In this document: piece after piece, positions 1-10,105 of the stretch
Position numbering within the stretch: position 1 is the first letter of the stretch
How the letters are laid out: the number at the start of each line of letters is the position of its first letter
Program-made: the position numbers and the translations under genes
Assembly (NCBI GenBank): GCA_039961715.1
Contig: JABRVW010000060.1
Location: forward strand, 22,949 to 86,948
Direction of reading: 5' to 3'
Source: Ignavibacterium sp.
GTDB taxonomy: Bacteria > Bacteroidota > Ignavibacteria > UBA10030
Length of the DNA stretch: 64,000 nt
Notes under the pieces: model-generated
What the model saw: only the letters and a program-made list of their open reading frames with translations
Database searches by the model: none
Told to the model about the DNA's origin: nothing

Positions 1-389
1 GCGTGGGCAGACCCCACAACAATCGTACCTGGAAAGCATGCGGGAATTCGCGGCAGAACAAGGATTTATGCATTGGTATGAGCAACAGCTTTTGCGATTT
101 CAGGAATCTGAAGGTCGGAAGCGATGTTTCCTCAGGAATGAAGACCCTGCTGAACGCGTGACCAAGGAACATCGTCGAGTGACGAACAACAGGAGGCCAT
201 GTCCGATGAGGTCACATTGTGGAAAAAATGATCAGTCCTGAGGATGGTGATGATGAGGAAACTGACATTCCTGACCCTGCGAACGAACGGAATGGGCTAT
301 TCTCAAAGTCGGAAAGCATTTTGGCTTTACTTTTCACAAACTAATCGGTACTCTGTGCGGGATTTGAACGGATTTTCAGAGGAGAACGT

Positions 390-1751
390 ATGAAAAAGTT
401 GTCCCTCGCGTTGTTGATTCCCCTTGTCGTCCTTTCGGCCCAGGACAAAGGTCTGACCGTACCCTATGAGATGTTCAGACTCGAGAACGGGTTGACGGTG
501 ATTCTGCACGAGGATCATACGATTCCACGCGTAGCCGTCAACGTATGGTACCATGTGGGGTCGGGGCATGAAAAACCCGGGCGGACGGGATTTGCGCACT
601 TATTCGAACATATCATGTTCGAAGGATCGGGCAATGTGCCCGAAGGGATGTTCGACGTATGGCTGGAGGCGGCGGGAGGTGACAATAACGGATCAACCAC
701 GACCGACCGGACGAATTACTATGAGAATCTTCCGAGCAACGCGCTCGAACTGGCACTGTTTCTTGAGTCCGACCGGATGGGATACCTGCTTGACGCCATG
801 TCTCCTGCAAAGGTTGACGGACAGAGAGATGTTGTCAAGAATGAACGTCGCCAGCGTTACGAGAATCAACCGTACGGCATGGTGTGGATCGTAATGGCAA
901 GAGCACTCTACCCCGGCAACCATCCCTACTCCTGGCCCACGATCGGATCGATGGAAGACCTTTCCGCGGCCAGTTATGAAGACGTCGTCGAGTTTTTCAA
1001 GAAGTACTATGTCCCGAACAATGCCAGCCTTGTTATTGCGGGAGATATCGATCCCAAGACAACGAGGTCGCTGGTGAAAAAATGGTTTAAGGAGATCCCG
1101 GCGGGAAAGCCGGTGGAACCCATTGATCCCCCGGCGGCATTCCTGGCCTCTGAGAAACGCCTCACCATGGAAGATCGCGTTCAGCTTCCGCGTCTCATCA
1201 TGGCGTGGCTGACTCCCCCAGCCTATGATCCGGGGGACGCGGAGATGGATATTGCGGCCAATATCCTTGCAGGCGGCAAGAATTCGCGGCTCTACAAACG
1301 GCTTGTGTATGAGATGCAGATCGCCCAGGACGTATCGGCTTTTCAGTGGTCGGCGGCTCTTGCGTCGTCTTTCTGGATTGTCGCAACAGCGCGTGAAGGA
1401 CACACGCTTGCAGAAATTGAGGCCGTGATTCAGGACGAAATCGATAAACTGAAGATGGAACAACCCGCGACCCGGGAGCTTCAGAGAGCGGTGAACCAGT
1501 TTGAGGCGGCATTTCTTGATGGCCTTGAGACCTCATCGAGGAAGGCGGATCAACTCAATGCATACTATGTGCGGACCGGAAACCCGGATTACTTCAACGA
1601 AGACCTGGCCCGCTACAAGGCCGTCGCTCCGTCCGATATTCGCTCAATGATTCAAACGTATCTGCGGGATGAAGCACGCGTGGTGCTGAGCATTGTTCCG
1701 ACGGGCAAAAAAGAGCTGGCGGCGCCAAACAGTTCGGAGGTGAAGCCATGA
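390..1751 (+). CDS. M16 family zinc peptidase (insulinase/pitrilysin-like), secreted
   Basis: Signal peptide MKKLSLALLIPLVVLSAQ. Inverted zinc-binding motif HxxEH (HLFEHIMFEGS). GAGGAG RBS 6-11 nt upstream of ATG. 4-nt overlap with the next M16 gene. Confidence 0.85.
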   Translation: MKKLSLALLIPLVVLSAQDKGLTVPYEMFRLENGLTVILHEDHTIPRVAVNVWYHVGSGHEKPGRTGFAHLFEHIMFEGSGNVPEGMFDVWLEAAGGDNNGSTTTDRTNYYENLPSNALELALFLESDRMGYLLDAMSPAKVDGQRDVVKNERRQRYENQPYGMVWIVMARALYPGNHPYSWPTIGSMEDLSAASYEDVVEFFKKYYVPNNASLVIAGDIDPKTTRSLVKKWFKEIPAGKPVEPIDPPAAFLASEKRLTMEDRVQLPRLIMAWLTPPAYDPGDAEMDIAANILAGGKNSRLYKRLVYEMQIAQDVSAFQWSAALASSFWIVATAREGHTLAEIEAVIQDEIDKLKMEQPATRELQRAVNQFEAAFLDGLETSSRKADQLNAYYVRTGNPDYFNEDLARYKAVAPSDIRSMIQTYLRDEARVVLSIVPTGKKELAAPNSSEVKP

Positions 1752-3193
1752 GAAAGAGACTGACGCTTGCAATCGCCACTGCGTTCGTTCTGGCCCTTCC
1801 GGCAACAAGCCAGGTTCCCGACCGCAGTGCGCCTCCGGCTCTGGGAGCCCCGCGGCCCCTCCAATTGCCTGCCATCCAACGGTTCAAGCTTTCCAACGGG
1901 CTCCCCGTTGTGTTCATGGAAAAACGCGGCGTGCCGATTATTCAGGTGAATATGATGGTCAAGACCGGCTCCGCCATGGATCCATCGGACCGGAGCGGTC
2001 TGGCAAGCCTCACGGCGGCCATGCTGGATGAGGGTGCCGGAGCCCTTTCGGCCCTCGAATTGGCGGATGCGATCGATTTTCTGGGTGCAAGGATCTCCAC
2101 GGGAGCAGGAGCGCATACAAGCTCTGTTGCGCTCCACACACCGGTTTCCAAACTGGCCGAGGCGCTTCCGCTCATGGCGGACATTGCCATAAGACCCCGT
2201 TTTGATGTGGAGGAACTGGAAAGGCTTCGGAAAGAACGTCTGACCTCCCTGCTTCAGTGGCATGACCAGCCTTCGACCATTGCCTCAATCACGTTCAGCA
2301 CGAAACTGTTCGGACCGAGACATCCGTACGGACTACCAGGCATGGGGAACGAACAATCGTTGAGAGCCATGCGGGTGGCGGATCTGAGGAGGTTTCATGA
2401 GGCGTATTATCACCCCAATAATGCCGCATTGATCGTTGTGGGGGAGATCAGCCGCGGAGAGCTCGAGAAGCATTTGGAGGCTGTGTTTGGGGGTTGGAAA
2501 GGCCGGACGACGGCCACCGTCAATTGGCCTGACGCAGGGCAGGTGGAACAAAGGACGGTGTACCTTGTGAACAAGCCCGGCGCCGCGCAGTCGGAAATTC
2601 GCATCGGACGAATCGGGGTCCCCAGAACGACGAAAGACTATTTTCCGCTGGTCGTTATGAACACGATACTCGGCGGATCCTTCACGTCAAGGCTTAATCA
2701 AAACTTGCGCGAAACGCACGGTTACTCCTATGGAGCCGGATCGTTCTTTGATATGCGCCCTCTTCCCGGGCCGTTCATGGCCTACTCTGCCGTTCATACG
2801 GCGGTGACGGATAGTGCGTTGGCTGAATTTTTCAAGGAGTTGAACGGAATTCTCAAGCCGATCCCTGACAACGAGTTTGAAAAGGCAAAAAACTATCTCG
2901 CTCTGGGCTATGCGGACAACTTTGAGTCGGTTGGCCAGATCGCAGGCATGCTTGCCGACATGATTCTGTATAACCTCCCCGACGATTACTTCAATACGTA
3001 TGTGGAGAAGGTGCTCGCCGTGAAGAAAGAGGATGTTGAAAGGGTGGCGCGGGAATACATCGTGCCGGGAAAAACGCTGGTCGTTGTGGTGGGCGACAAG
3101 GCTGTGATTGAAAAAGGAATCCGGAGGTTGAATCTGGGAAAGTTGGAAGTCCTGAGCGTGGAGGATGTGCTCGGGAACAAGCCAAGGCTGTAA
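1748..3193 (+). CDS. M16 family peptidase-like protein (second/non-catalytic subunit type, no HxxEH)
   Basis: Signal peptide. M16 domain architecture similar to the upstream gene but lacking the HxxEH motif. ATGA start/stop overlap with the upstream gene is typical of paired M16 subunits. Confidence 0.75.
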   Translation: MRKRLTLAIATAFVLALPATSQVPDRSAPPALGAPRPLQLPAIQRFKLSNGLPVVFMEKRGVPIIQVNMMVKTGSAMDPSDRSGLASLTAAMLDEGAGALSALELADAIDFLGARISTGAGAHTSSVALHTPVSKLAEALPLMADIAIRPRFDVEELERLRKERLTSLLQWHDQPSTIASITFSTKLFGPRHPYGLPGMGNEQSLRAMRVADLRRFHEAYYHPNNAALIVVGEISRGELEKHLEAVFGGWKGRTTATVNWPDAGQVEQRTVYLVNKPGAAQSEIRIGRIGVPRTTKDYFPLVVMNTILGGSFTSRLNQNLRETHGYSYGAGSFFDMRPLPGPFMAYSAVHTAVTDSALAEFFKELNGILKPIPDNEFEKAKNYLALGYADNFESVGQIAGMLADMILYNLPDDYFNTYVEKVLAVKKEDVERVAREYIVPGKTLVVVVGDKAVIEKGIRRLNLGKLEVLSVEDVLGNKPRL

Positions 3194-3196
3194 GAT

Positions 3197-3226
3197 TTCC
3201 AATCTTCAGGTGAAGATTGGAATTTG
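3197..3226. terminator. Bidirectional hairpin terminator between convergent M16 and ychF genes
   Basis: Perfect 11-bp inverted repeat ttccaatcttc / gaagattggaa with 4-nt loop, lying between two convergent stop codons. Confidence 0.45.
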
Positions 3227-3244
3227 GAAATTCGGGAATGTTCT

Positions 3245-4342
3245 TCAGACATTGAACCTGAAGTACACTACATCTCCATCCTGAATCGTATACTCCTTCC
3301 CCTCGATTCTCAGGAGCCCTTGTTCTTTGACGGCCGTCTCTGATCCGAGGCGATCAAGATCAGCGAACGTCATGATCTCCGCACGGATGAAACCGCGCTC
3401 GAAGTCGGAATGAATGACGCCGGCCGCCTGGGGGGCAGATGTGCCACGCTCAACCGTCCACGCATGCACTTCCTTTGGTCCGGCCGTGAAGAAAGTGACA
3501 AGGTGAAGCATGTCATACCCTTCCCGGATAACCTTGGAAAGGCCGGATTCCTTCAATCCCAATCCCTCCAGAAAAGGGGAGCGCTCCTCTTCGGGTAATT
3601 CAGCCACCTCGGCTTCCACCGCTGCCGACACAACCACCACACGCGCATCTTCGCGGGCTGCGACCGAGCGGACGGAGGCGACATGTGCGTTTTCCGTTAC
3701 GAGATCGCGTTCGTGAACGTTGCAGACATACATAACGGGTTTGCGAGTGAGGAGGTGGAGATCACGCATCCAAAGGGCCTCTTCGTCTCCTTCCACCACG
3801 AAGTATCTGGCAAGCCGGCCAGTCCCAAAATGAGCTCGTAGACGCTCATAGAACCGGGCTTCGTCCTTCGCTTTCTTGTCCGCACTCCTCGTTCGCCTCT
3901 CCGCATCCGCAAGCTTTTTCTCCACAGTTTCCAGATCCTTCAGAATCAGCTCCGTCTCGATGACCTCGATGTCGCGTTGCGGATTGACTGAACCATCCAC
4001 GTGAACAACGTTGGGATCATCAAAACACCGGACCACGTGGGCAATGGCATCAACCATGCGTATGTGGCTGAGGAACTGATTGCCGAGACCTTCGCCTTTG
4101 CTGGCGCCCTTGACCAGCCCCGCAATATCGAGGAATTCGATTGTGGTCGGCACTGTCTTGGCGGGCTTGTACAACTCGGTTAGACGACGCACCCTGGGAT
4201 CCGGCACAGGGACGACTCCGACGTTCGGATCAATCGTGCAAAACGGATAGTTGGCTACATCAGCCCCCGCGGCGGTAATGGCATTGAAAATTGTGGATTT
4301 ACCCACATTGGGGAGTCCGACAATTCCACACGTAAATCCCAT
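3245..4342 (-). CDS. ychF: Redox-regulated ATPase/GTPase YchF (Obg family)
   Basis: N-terminal G1 motif GIVGLPNVGKSTIFNAIT. C-terminal TGS-like region. About 365 aa, typical YchF length. Confidence 0.9.
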   Translation of the reverse strand: MGFTCGIVGLPNVGKSTIFNAITAAGADVANYPFCTIDPNVGVVPVPDPRVRRLTELYKPAKTVPTTIEFLDIAGLVKGASKGEGLGNQFLSHIRMVDAIAHVVRCFDDPNVVHVDGSVNPQRDIEVIETELILKDLETVEKKLADAERRTRSADKKAKDEARFYERLRAHFGTGRLARYFVVEGDEEALWMRDLHLLTRKPVMYVCNVHERDLVTENAHVASVRSVAAREDARVVVVSAAVEAEVAELPEEERSPFLEGLGLKESGLSKVIREGYDMLHLVTFFTAGPKEVHAWTVERGTSAPQAAGVIHSDFERGFIRAEIMTFADLDRLGSETAVKEQGLLRIEGKEYTIQDGDVVYFRFNV

Positions 4343-4563
4343 AGATACAGCCTTTCTCTCTCGATTCTCGTAGAGTGGAAAATCAGAAAATCTGACTAAT
4401 GTACTGAAGATTGGGCGAAAAAAGTGCCAAAAACGGTGATTTTTTTACCATTTTCCGAACGTGACAAGGCTCAAGTTGACAAGTTGCCACCCAGTTTTTT
4501 TGCGATTATATTGCCTGGACTCAAACAACAATATCCTCCCATAACAAAAAGGATCCTACACGT

Positions 4564-5943
4564 ATGAACAGAAACCTGATGACCGTCCTCGCTTTCTTGA
4601 TGATTGTAGGCACGGTTTCTTCCCAGGAAAAGCCCAAGGCAGTGAGCGGTGGTCTTGGCCGAACGGCCGCTCTGGGCGGGAATCCCACCAACCCTTACAT
4701 TCAGGATTTCACCGACGTCTTTGTGAACCCGGCATACTCGGCGTGGAACAAGGATCTCCTCTTTGGAGAATTGGGCAACAGCTTTGCAAACCAGTACTTT
4801 GCACCGGGGCAATATGCCGCGTACACGTTGGGGCTGGGTAATCTGGCTGTCGGCATCGCCATTGGCAAGCGGGAAGGACCGATGTTTGGCGAGAATTCCT
4901 ACGGCTCGGGACTGTTCGCCAATTCGGATTACATGATTCCTCCCATTAATGCCTATGCCGGGTTTGGAACGGGCGAACCTCAGGCGCCCTTTCATTTCTA
5001 TGCCGCCTACCGGGCGGGTCCGCTGACCATTGGAGGAGCTCTGTACCGTTCGTCGTGGAGTTATACGGACGACGGCACCGGGACGGTGGGAGCCATGCAG
5101 AAGTTTGAGATTTCCAACAACCAGACGGGGTTCAAGGCCGGCATTCTGCTGGAATTGAGCTCGAGTTTTCTCGTGGATGCCGGTCTTCTCTTTCGGCTGA
5201 ACTCCTCCACGGCGGACTTTTCGGATTCCAATCCAGGCGCCAATCCGACGGCAGCCTCCTATGATGCTACAGGGACCGAGATCGGCGTGAGTGGCCGCGC
5301 GTTCATGAAGTTCTCGGATAAATTGACCCTTGTGCCCCAGGTACGGTTTGCCACCTTTGGGTATGAGCCCGAAATGACCGATAACTCAACCCCCGCTCCT
5401 CCGTCGCCGGTACTCACCAAACCCAATGATTTCGGACGTACAGAGTTCGAGGTTGGGGTAGGTGTGAATTCGACTTTCGAAGGCGGATGGGTATCGGTCG
5501 GCGCGGCGGTCCAGAGCATTTCGCTGACGAATGATGTGACGACCCAGCCCGGGGGCCCGGGGAATCCGCTGCAGACCACAAAGAACAAGATGAGCTGGTT
5601 TGATCTGCCCAAGCTGAATGTCGGAGCCGAATTTGAGCTTCTTTCCTGGCTCTACGGACGCCTGGGGTATTTCAAGCGGATCTCTTCGGTGACCACGACC
5701 TCAGAGCCGCCCGCTCCGGGGCAGAAAACGGAAAACACGGTTTCTTCGGAGCCGGGGTACATCCCCTCCCTTGGTTTCACGCCGGCCCAACAGCAGGTCT
5801 CCCTCGGCCTTGGCGTCCTCGTGAATCGGATCTCGATTGACGGGTATGTGGGAGAGCGGGTTCTGGCATCGGGAACCTGGCTCCTGAGCGGCCGGTTGCA
5901 GGACATCTTTGGGGTTCTGTCGATCAGCGTGAAGTTCGATTGA
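4564..5943 (+). CDS. Putative outer-membrane beta-barrel protein (unknown function)
   Basis: Signal peptide. Gly/Ser/Thr/aromatic-rich alternating-strand pattern. C-terminal ...SISVKFD ending. Followed by a strong intrinsic terminator. Confidence 0.45.
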   Translation: MNRNLMTVLAFLMIVGTVSSQEKPKAVSGGLGRTAALGGNPTNPYIQDFTDVFVNPAYSAWNKDLLFGELGNSFANQYFAPGQYAAYTLGLGNLAVGIAIGKREGPMFGENSYGSGLFANSDYMIPPINAYAGFGTGEPQAPFHFYAAYRAGPLTIGGALYRSSWSYTDDGTGTVGAMQKFEISNNQTGFKAGILLELSSSFLVDAGLLFRLNSSTADFSDSNPGANPTAASYDATGTEIGVSGRAFMKFSDKLTLVPQVRFATFGYEPEMTDNSTPAPPSPVLTKPNDFGRTEFEVGVGVNSTFEGGWVSVGAAVQSISLTNDVTTQPGGPGNPLQTTKNKMSWFDLPKLNVGAEFELLSWLYGRLGYFKRISSVTTTSEPPAPGQKTENTVSSEPGYIPSLGFTPAQQQVSLGLGVLVNRISIDGYVGERVLASGTWLLSGRLQDIFGVLSISVKFD

Positions 5944-5975
5944 CCGGTTCCGGCTGACCACGCATCTTTGTGAAG

Positions 5976-6002
5976 CCCCGCGTATCCCGCGGGGTTTTTT
6001 TT
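5976..6002 (+). terminator. Rho-independent terminator
   Basis: GC stem ccccgcg / cgcgggg with loop tatcc, followed by an 8-T run, directly after the stop of the 4564..5943 gene. Confidence 0.7.
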
Positions 6003-6012
6003 GCTTTTGTGC

Positions 6013-6041
6013 TTGCATATTTATACAATATATCGTATAAT
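6013..6041 (+). promoter_or_regulatory. Sigma70-like promoter for the arg cluster (TTGCAT-17 nt-TATAAT), overlapping an AT-rich imperfect palindrome (candidate ArgR operator)
   Basis: TTGCAT at 6013-6018 and TATAAT at 6036-6041 with 17-nt spacing. The argC ATG is at 6047, implying a near-leaderless transcript. A 16-nt near-palindrome atacaatatatcgtat (6023-6038) has 14/16 symmetric positions. Confidence 0.4.
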
Positions 6042-6046
6042 TATTC

Positions 6047-7063
6047 ATGCCCAATGCCGTGGTTTCCATCATCGGCGCCTCGGGGTATTCAGGTGCCGAG
6101 CTTCTTTCCGTTCTCGCCGGACATCCGTCCGTCAGACTCGGCAAGCTCTTTGCGAACGCTTCCGCAGGAAAGCCCGTGCACGAGGCACTTCCGCGCCTCG
6201 CAGGAGTCGTCAAGGCTTCGCTGGAGCCCTATTCACCCGACGCCGCCTGTGAGAGCGACCTTGTGTTCATTGCCCTCCCGTCGGGAGAGGCGATGAATCT
6301 TGTCCCCGAATTGTTGAAGCGCGGCAAGCGCGTGATCGATCTGGGAGGAGACTTCCGGCTGGCAGATCCAGGGACCTATGAGCACTTCTACAAAAGGGTG
6401 CACACGGCCGGTGATCTGCTGGGAGAAGCGATCTATGGGCTCCCGGAATGGAATCGCGAGAAAATCCGGAACGCCCGGCTTGTTGCGAATCCCGGGTGCT
6501 ATCCCACGAGCATTCTCCTTCCTCTGCTCCCGCTTCTCAAAGAGCGTCTTCTTGGCAACGAAGGAATCGTTGTGAACTCGTTGTCGGGAGTCTCCGGGGC
6601 CGGCCGGAGCGCTTCTCCGGACCTTTCGTTTGTCGAAGTGAACGAGTCTGTCAAGGCCTACAAGGTTGGGAACCATCAGCACATTCCCGAGATCGACCGC
6701 GCATTGACCGATCTGGCGCGCGCGCATGTATCCTTCACTTTTGTTCCTCATCTGCTCCCCATCACCCGCGGCATCTACACCACGATTTCCGCTCCCCTTG
6801 CGTCCAATGTCGGCGAGCCGGAAATCAGGGAAGCGTTCCAGCGCTGTTACGAGGGGGAGCCATTCATTCGTTTTGTGCCTGTTCCCGAAATCAAGCACGT
6901 GGCCCACACAAACTTCATCGACATCGGATACACGTTGCACCGAGAGTCCGGTCGTCTGATAATCCTTTCGGCCATTGACAACCTCGTCAAGGGAGCGGCG
7001 GGACAGGCTGTTCAGAACATGAACCTGATGCTCGGCGTCAGGGAAACGGAGGCACTTCTATGA
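6047..7063 (+). CDS. argC: N-acetyl-gamma-glutamyl-phosphate reductase
   Basis: N-terminal Rossmann motif VSIIGASGYSGAELL. Active-site Cys context ANPGCYPTS. Correct length (338 aa). Operon context. Confidence 0.9.
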   Translation: MPNAVVSIIGASGYSGAELLSVLAGHPSVRLGKLFANASAGKPVHEALPRLAGVVKASLEPYSPDAACESDLVFIALPSGEAMNLVPELLKRGKRVIDLGGDFRLADPGTYEHFYKRVHTAGDLLGEAIYGLPEWNREKIRNARLVANPGCYPTSILLPLLPLLKERLLGNEGIVVNSLSGVSGAGRSASPDLSFVEVNESVKAYKVGNHQHIPEIDRALTDLARAHVSFTFVPHLLPITRGIYTTISAPLASNVGEPEIREAFQRCYEGEPFIRFVPVPEIKHVAHTNFIDIGYTLHRESGRLIILSAIDNLVKGAAGQAVQNMNLMLGVRETEALL

Positions 7064-8280
7064 GCACGCCCGACGATGTCCGCGAATGCCAGGGCGGAGT
7101 CACCCTTGCCCGGGGATTCACGGCAGGAGGGATCTATTGCGGGATCCGCAAGGCGAAGAAAGACCTGGCCATCATTCGATCCGACAGACCGGCCGCGGTG
7201 GCGGCGGTGTTCACGCAGAACCGGACGCAGGCGGCGCCTGTGCTTGTGGACAAGATCCAGCTTCAGCGTTCGTCCACCTGTTCCGCCCTCGTGGTCAACA
7301 GCGGTAATGCCAACGCGTGCACGGGAGAACGCGGTCTCAACGACGCGTGGGACATGGTGAAGGTAACAGCCCGTGAACTTTCCGTTCCGGAACATCAGGT
7401 CATGGTGTCGTCAACCGGAGTCATCGGCCAATATCTGCCTATGGAAAAGGTTCTGAACGGGATCATTGAACTCGTTCCGCGCTTGAGCGGCAGCGGCGGG
7501 CAGGATGCCGCAGAGGCCATTATGACGACGGATACCTATCGGAAGGAATCCGCCGTGCAGTTCACCCTGGGGGGATCCGTGGTCACCATCGGCGGCATGG
7601 CGAAAGGATCGGGCATGATCGCTCCAAACATGGCGACGATGCTGGCATTCATCACCACCGATGCAGTCATTGAGCGCCCTTTGCTCCAAATGGCGCTCAA
7701 CCGGGCCAACCGGCATTCCTTCAATCGGGTCACGGTTGACGGGGACATGAGCACAAACGATATGGCAGTGGTTTTGGCGAACGGCGCAGCCGGCAATGTG
7801 GCGTTCGGCGAGCAGTCGGAGGAGTATCAACTGTTTTGCGCCGCCCTGGAATATGTGATGATCAAGCTGGCAAAAATGATCGCCAGGGACGGTGAGGGGG
7901 CCACGAAGCTGATCGAAGTGTGTGTCAAGGGAGCGAAGACCGAGACGGAGGCAGAGGCGGTGGCACGTTCCGTTGCAAACTCCAACCTCGTCAAAACCGC
8001 CGTGCACGGAAATGATGCGAACTGGGGACGGATCATGGCTGCCATCGGTTATTCGGGGGCCGAGGTGAACCCGGACGCGGTTGAAATCCGGTTCAACGAC
8101 CTGCCGGTATTGAACAGGGGCTATGAGATCGTTCTGGACGAGAAAAAGGCAGCCGAAGCGCTCGCAGGCGAGCATGTCATGATCGTTATTGACCTCAACC
8201 GGGGACAGGAAGAGGCTCGATTCTGGACCTGCGATCTCACGAAGGAATATGTGCACATCAACGCGAGTTACCGATCGTGA
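7060..8280 (+). CDS. argJ: Bifunctional ornithine acetyltransferase / N-acetylglutamate synthase ArgJ
   Basis: Self-cleavage/active-site motif ATMLAFITTDA. ATGA overlap with argC. 406 aa. Confidence 0.9.
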   Translation: MSTPDDVRECQGGVTLARGFTAGGIYCGIRKAKKDLAIIRSDRPAAVAAVFTQNRTQAAPVLVDKIQLQRSSTCSALVVNSGNANACTGERGLNDAWDMVKVTARELSVPEHQVMVSSTGVIGQYLPMEKVLNGIIELVPRLSGSGGQDAAEAIMTTDTYRKESAVQFTLGGSVVTIGGMAKGSGMIAPNMATMLAFITTDAVIERPLLQMALNRANRHSFNRVTVDGDMSTNDMAVVLANGAAGNVAFGEQSEEYQLFCAALEYVMIKLAKMIARDGEGATKLIEVCVKGAKTETEAEAVARSVANSNLVKTAVHGNDANWGRIMAAIGYSGAEVNPDAVEIRFNDLPVLNRGYEIVLDEKKAAEALAGEHVMIVIDLNRGQEEARFWTCDLTKEYVHINASYRS

Positions 8281-9170
8281 AGACCAAAACCATCGACTAC
8301 GCGACCAAGGAAGAAGTGTTGATTGAGGCGCTTCCGTACATTCAGACGTACGAAGGAAAGACGTTCGTCATCAAGTACGGCGGTGCCGCCATGACGGATG
8401 AAACCCTGAAGCACACGTTCGCAAAGGATGTCACGATCCTGAGGAAGATCGGAATCAACATTGTCATCGTACACGGCGGAGGGCGCGAGATCACGGACGT
8501 TGCTTCCGCGCTTGGAATCGAAACGCGGTTTGTAGACGGTCAACGGTACACGGACGAAGCCATGGCGCGGGTCGTCCTCATGGTGCTTTCCGGCAAGGTC
8601 AACAAGGAAATCGTGCATCTGATCAATCGCTCCGGAGGAAACGCGGTCGGACTGTGCGGGTTGGATAACGGATTGCTGAAAGCTGTGCGGCTGACAAAGG
8701 ACGGCCCGGACCTGGGATTCGTTGGAGGCGTATCGTCGGTTAATACGGCGTTCCTGGAGCTTCTTTTGCGAAATGGACTTATGCCGGTCGTGGCTCCCCT
8801 TGCGGCGGGTCCTTCGGGAGAGGTGTTCAACGTCAATGCTGATCTGGCCGCGGCCGCCGTGGCTTCTGCGCTCGAGGCAGAAAAGCTTGTGTACCTGAGC
8901 GATGTGGAGGGGATTCTCGGGAACGGTGCATTGGTGTCGACACTGACGCGGACGGAAGCGGCGCGAATGATTGAGCGCGGAGAAATTTTCGGCGGGATGA
9001 TTCCAAAAGTTCGATCAGCCTTTGAGACCCTGGATGCGGGGGTGCGAAAGGTCCATATTGTGGACGGCCGCGTCAAGCATTCGTTGCTGCTGGAAATCTT
9101 TACCGACGAAGGCATCGGGACACAGATGCTGCACGACAACGGGAATGGGAAGGGGCGCCCGCCTCTATGA
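8277..9170 (+). CDS. argB: Acetylglutamate kinase
   Basis: FVIKYGGAAM amino-acid-kinase N-terminal motif. GTG start overlapping the argJ stop. 297 aa. Confidence 0.9.
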   Translation: MKTKTIDYATKEEVLIEALPYIQTYEGKTFVIKYGGAAMTDETLKHTFAKDVTILRKIGINIVIVHGGGREITDVASALGIETRFVDGQRYTDEAMARVVLMVLSGKVNKEIVHLINRSGGNAVGLCGLDNGLLKAVRLTKDGPDLGFVGGVSSVNTAFLELLLRNGLMPVVAPLAAGPSGEVFNVNADLAAAAVASALEAEKLVYLSDVEGILGNGALVSTLTRTEAARMIERGEIFGGMIPKVRSAFETLDAGVRKVHIVDGRVKHSLLLEIFTDEGIGTQMLHDNGNGKGRPPL

Positions 9171-10105
9171 AGAAGGACCTGCTGACGCTTTTTGACCTGA
9201 CTCGGGAAGAGCTCGATCGCCTCTTTGAGGAAGCAGACAGGCTTCGTCACGACCGTTCGGCGGTACCTCTGCGCGGGCAGACCGTGGCGATGGTCTTTCA
9301 GAAACCTTCCCTCAGAACACGGGTGTCGTTCGAAGTGGCGGTTTCCCAGCTGGGAGGCCACACGACCTTTCTCTCACAGGAAAGCATCGGCATCGGCACC
9401 AGGGAATCGGTTCACGATGTGGCATTGCTGTTGTCGCGTTATTGCGAGGCCATCGTGGCGCGGTTGTTCGATCACCAGGTGCTCGTTGATCTCGCACAGT
9501 TCGCGACCATTCCGGTGATCAACGCACTGACGGACCTGTCCCATCCCTGTCAGGTGCTTGCTGATCTGTACACCGTACGCCGGCATGGGAGGTTGAGGCC
9601 GGGTGTAACCGTGGCGTTTGTCGGCGACGGCAACAACGTGGCCAATTCCTGGCTGGAGGTTTCCACATTGTACCCCATCCGCTTCTTGCTCGCGGCGCCG
9701 GAGGGGTATCAGCCCGATCCGGCAATCGTCCAAAGGGCTCGTGATGCGGGCGTGAGTTCCATTGAGATTGTTGTCGATCCAAAAGAAGCAGTACGGGACG
9801 CCGATGTGGTCTATACAGACGTATGGACAAGCATGGGGCAGGAGGCTGAGGCAGAGAAGCGAAAGAAGGCCTTCAAGGACTATCAGGTCAGCGAGGCGCT
9901 TATGCGCGAGGCTCCCTCCGAATGCCTGGTCATGCATTGCCTCCCGGCTCATCGGGGCGAAGAGATCACGGATGGCGTGATCGACGGGCCCCGATCCGTG
10001 GTGTTTGACCAGGCGGAGAACAGGCTCCACGTGCAAAGAGCGGTCCTTGCCGCTCTCTGTTCACAGAAGAAACGTGCCGCTATGGCACAAGGAGCGGAGC
10101 GATGA
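9167..10105 (+). CDS. argF: Ornithine carbamoyltransferase (canonical OTC)
   Basis: Carbamoyl-phosphate motif SLRTR (STRTR-type). Ornithine-binding DVWTSMG (DxxxSMG). HCLP motif. ATGA overlap with argB. Confidence 0.85.
   Translation: MKKDLLTLFDLTREELDRLFEEADRLRHDRSAVPLRGQTVAMVFQKPSLRTRVSFEVAVSQLGGHTTFLSQESIGIGTRESVHDVALLLSRYCEAIVARLFDHQVLVDLAQFATIPVINALTDLSHPCQVLADLYTVRRHGRLRPGVTVAFVGDGNNVANSWLEVSTLYPIRFLLAAPEGYQPDPAIVQRARDAGVSSIEIVVDPKEAVRDADVVYTDVWTSMGQEAEAEKRKKAFKDYQVSEALMREAPSECLVMHCLPAHRGEEITDGVIDGPRSVVFDQAENRLHVQRAVLAALCSQKKRAAMAQGAER

Noticed and set aside
38-241. 67-aa ORF at the left edge, possibly the C-terminus of an upstream gene
   Set aside because: No recognisable motif, and the frame is open to the window edge so it cannot be resolved.
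693-1463. Large antisense ORFs opposite confidently assigned genes (e.g. 693..1463, 7411..8256, 8540..9361, 9374..10036, 10830..11522, 24730..26382, 35974..36993, 37303..38304, 50840..52054, 19749..20633)
   Set aside because: These are typical high-GC antisense open frames with no motifs and Arg/Gly/Pro-rich low-complexity translations. The opposite strands carry well-supported enzymes.
4343-4563. Candidate promoter elements (TTGACA, TATATT) between ychF and the OMP gene
   Set aside because: Hexamer spacing is non-canonical (about 25 nt), and promoter consensus in this phylum may differ. Not confident enough to call.
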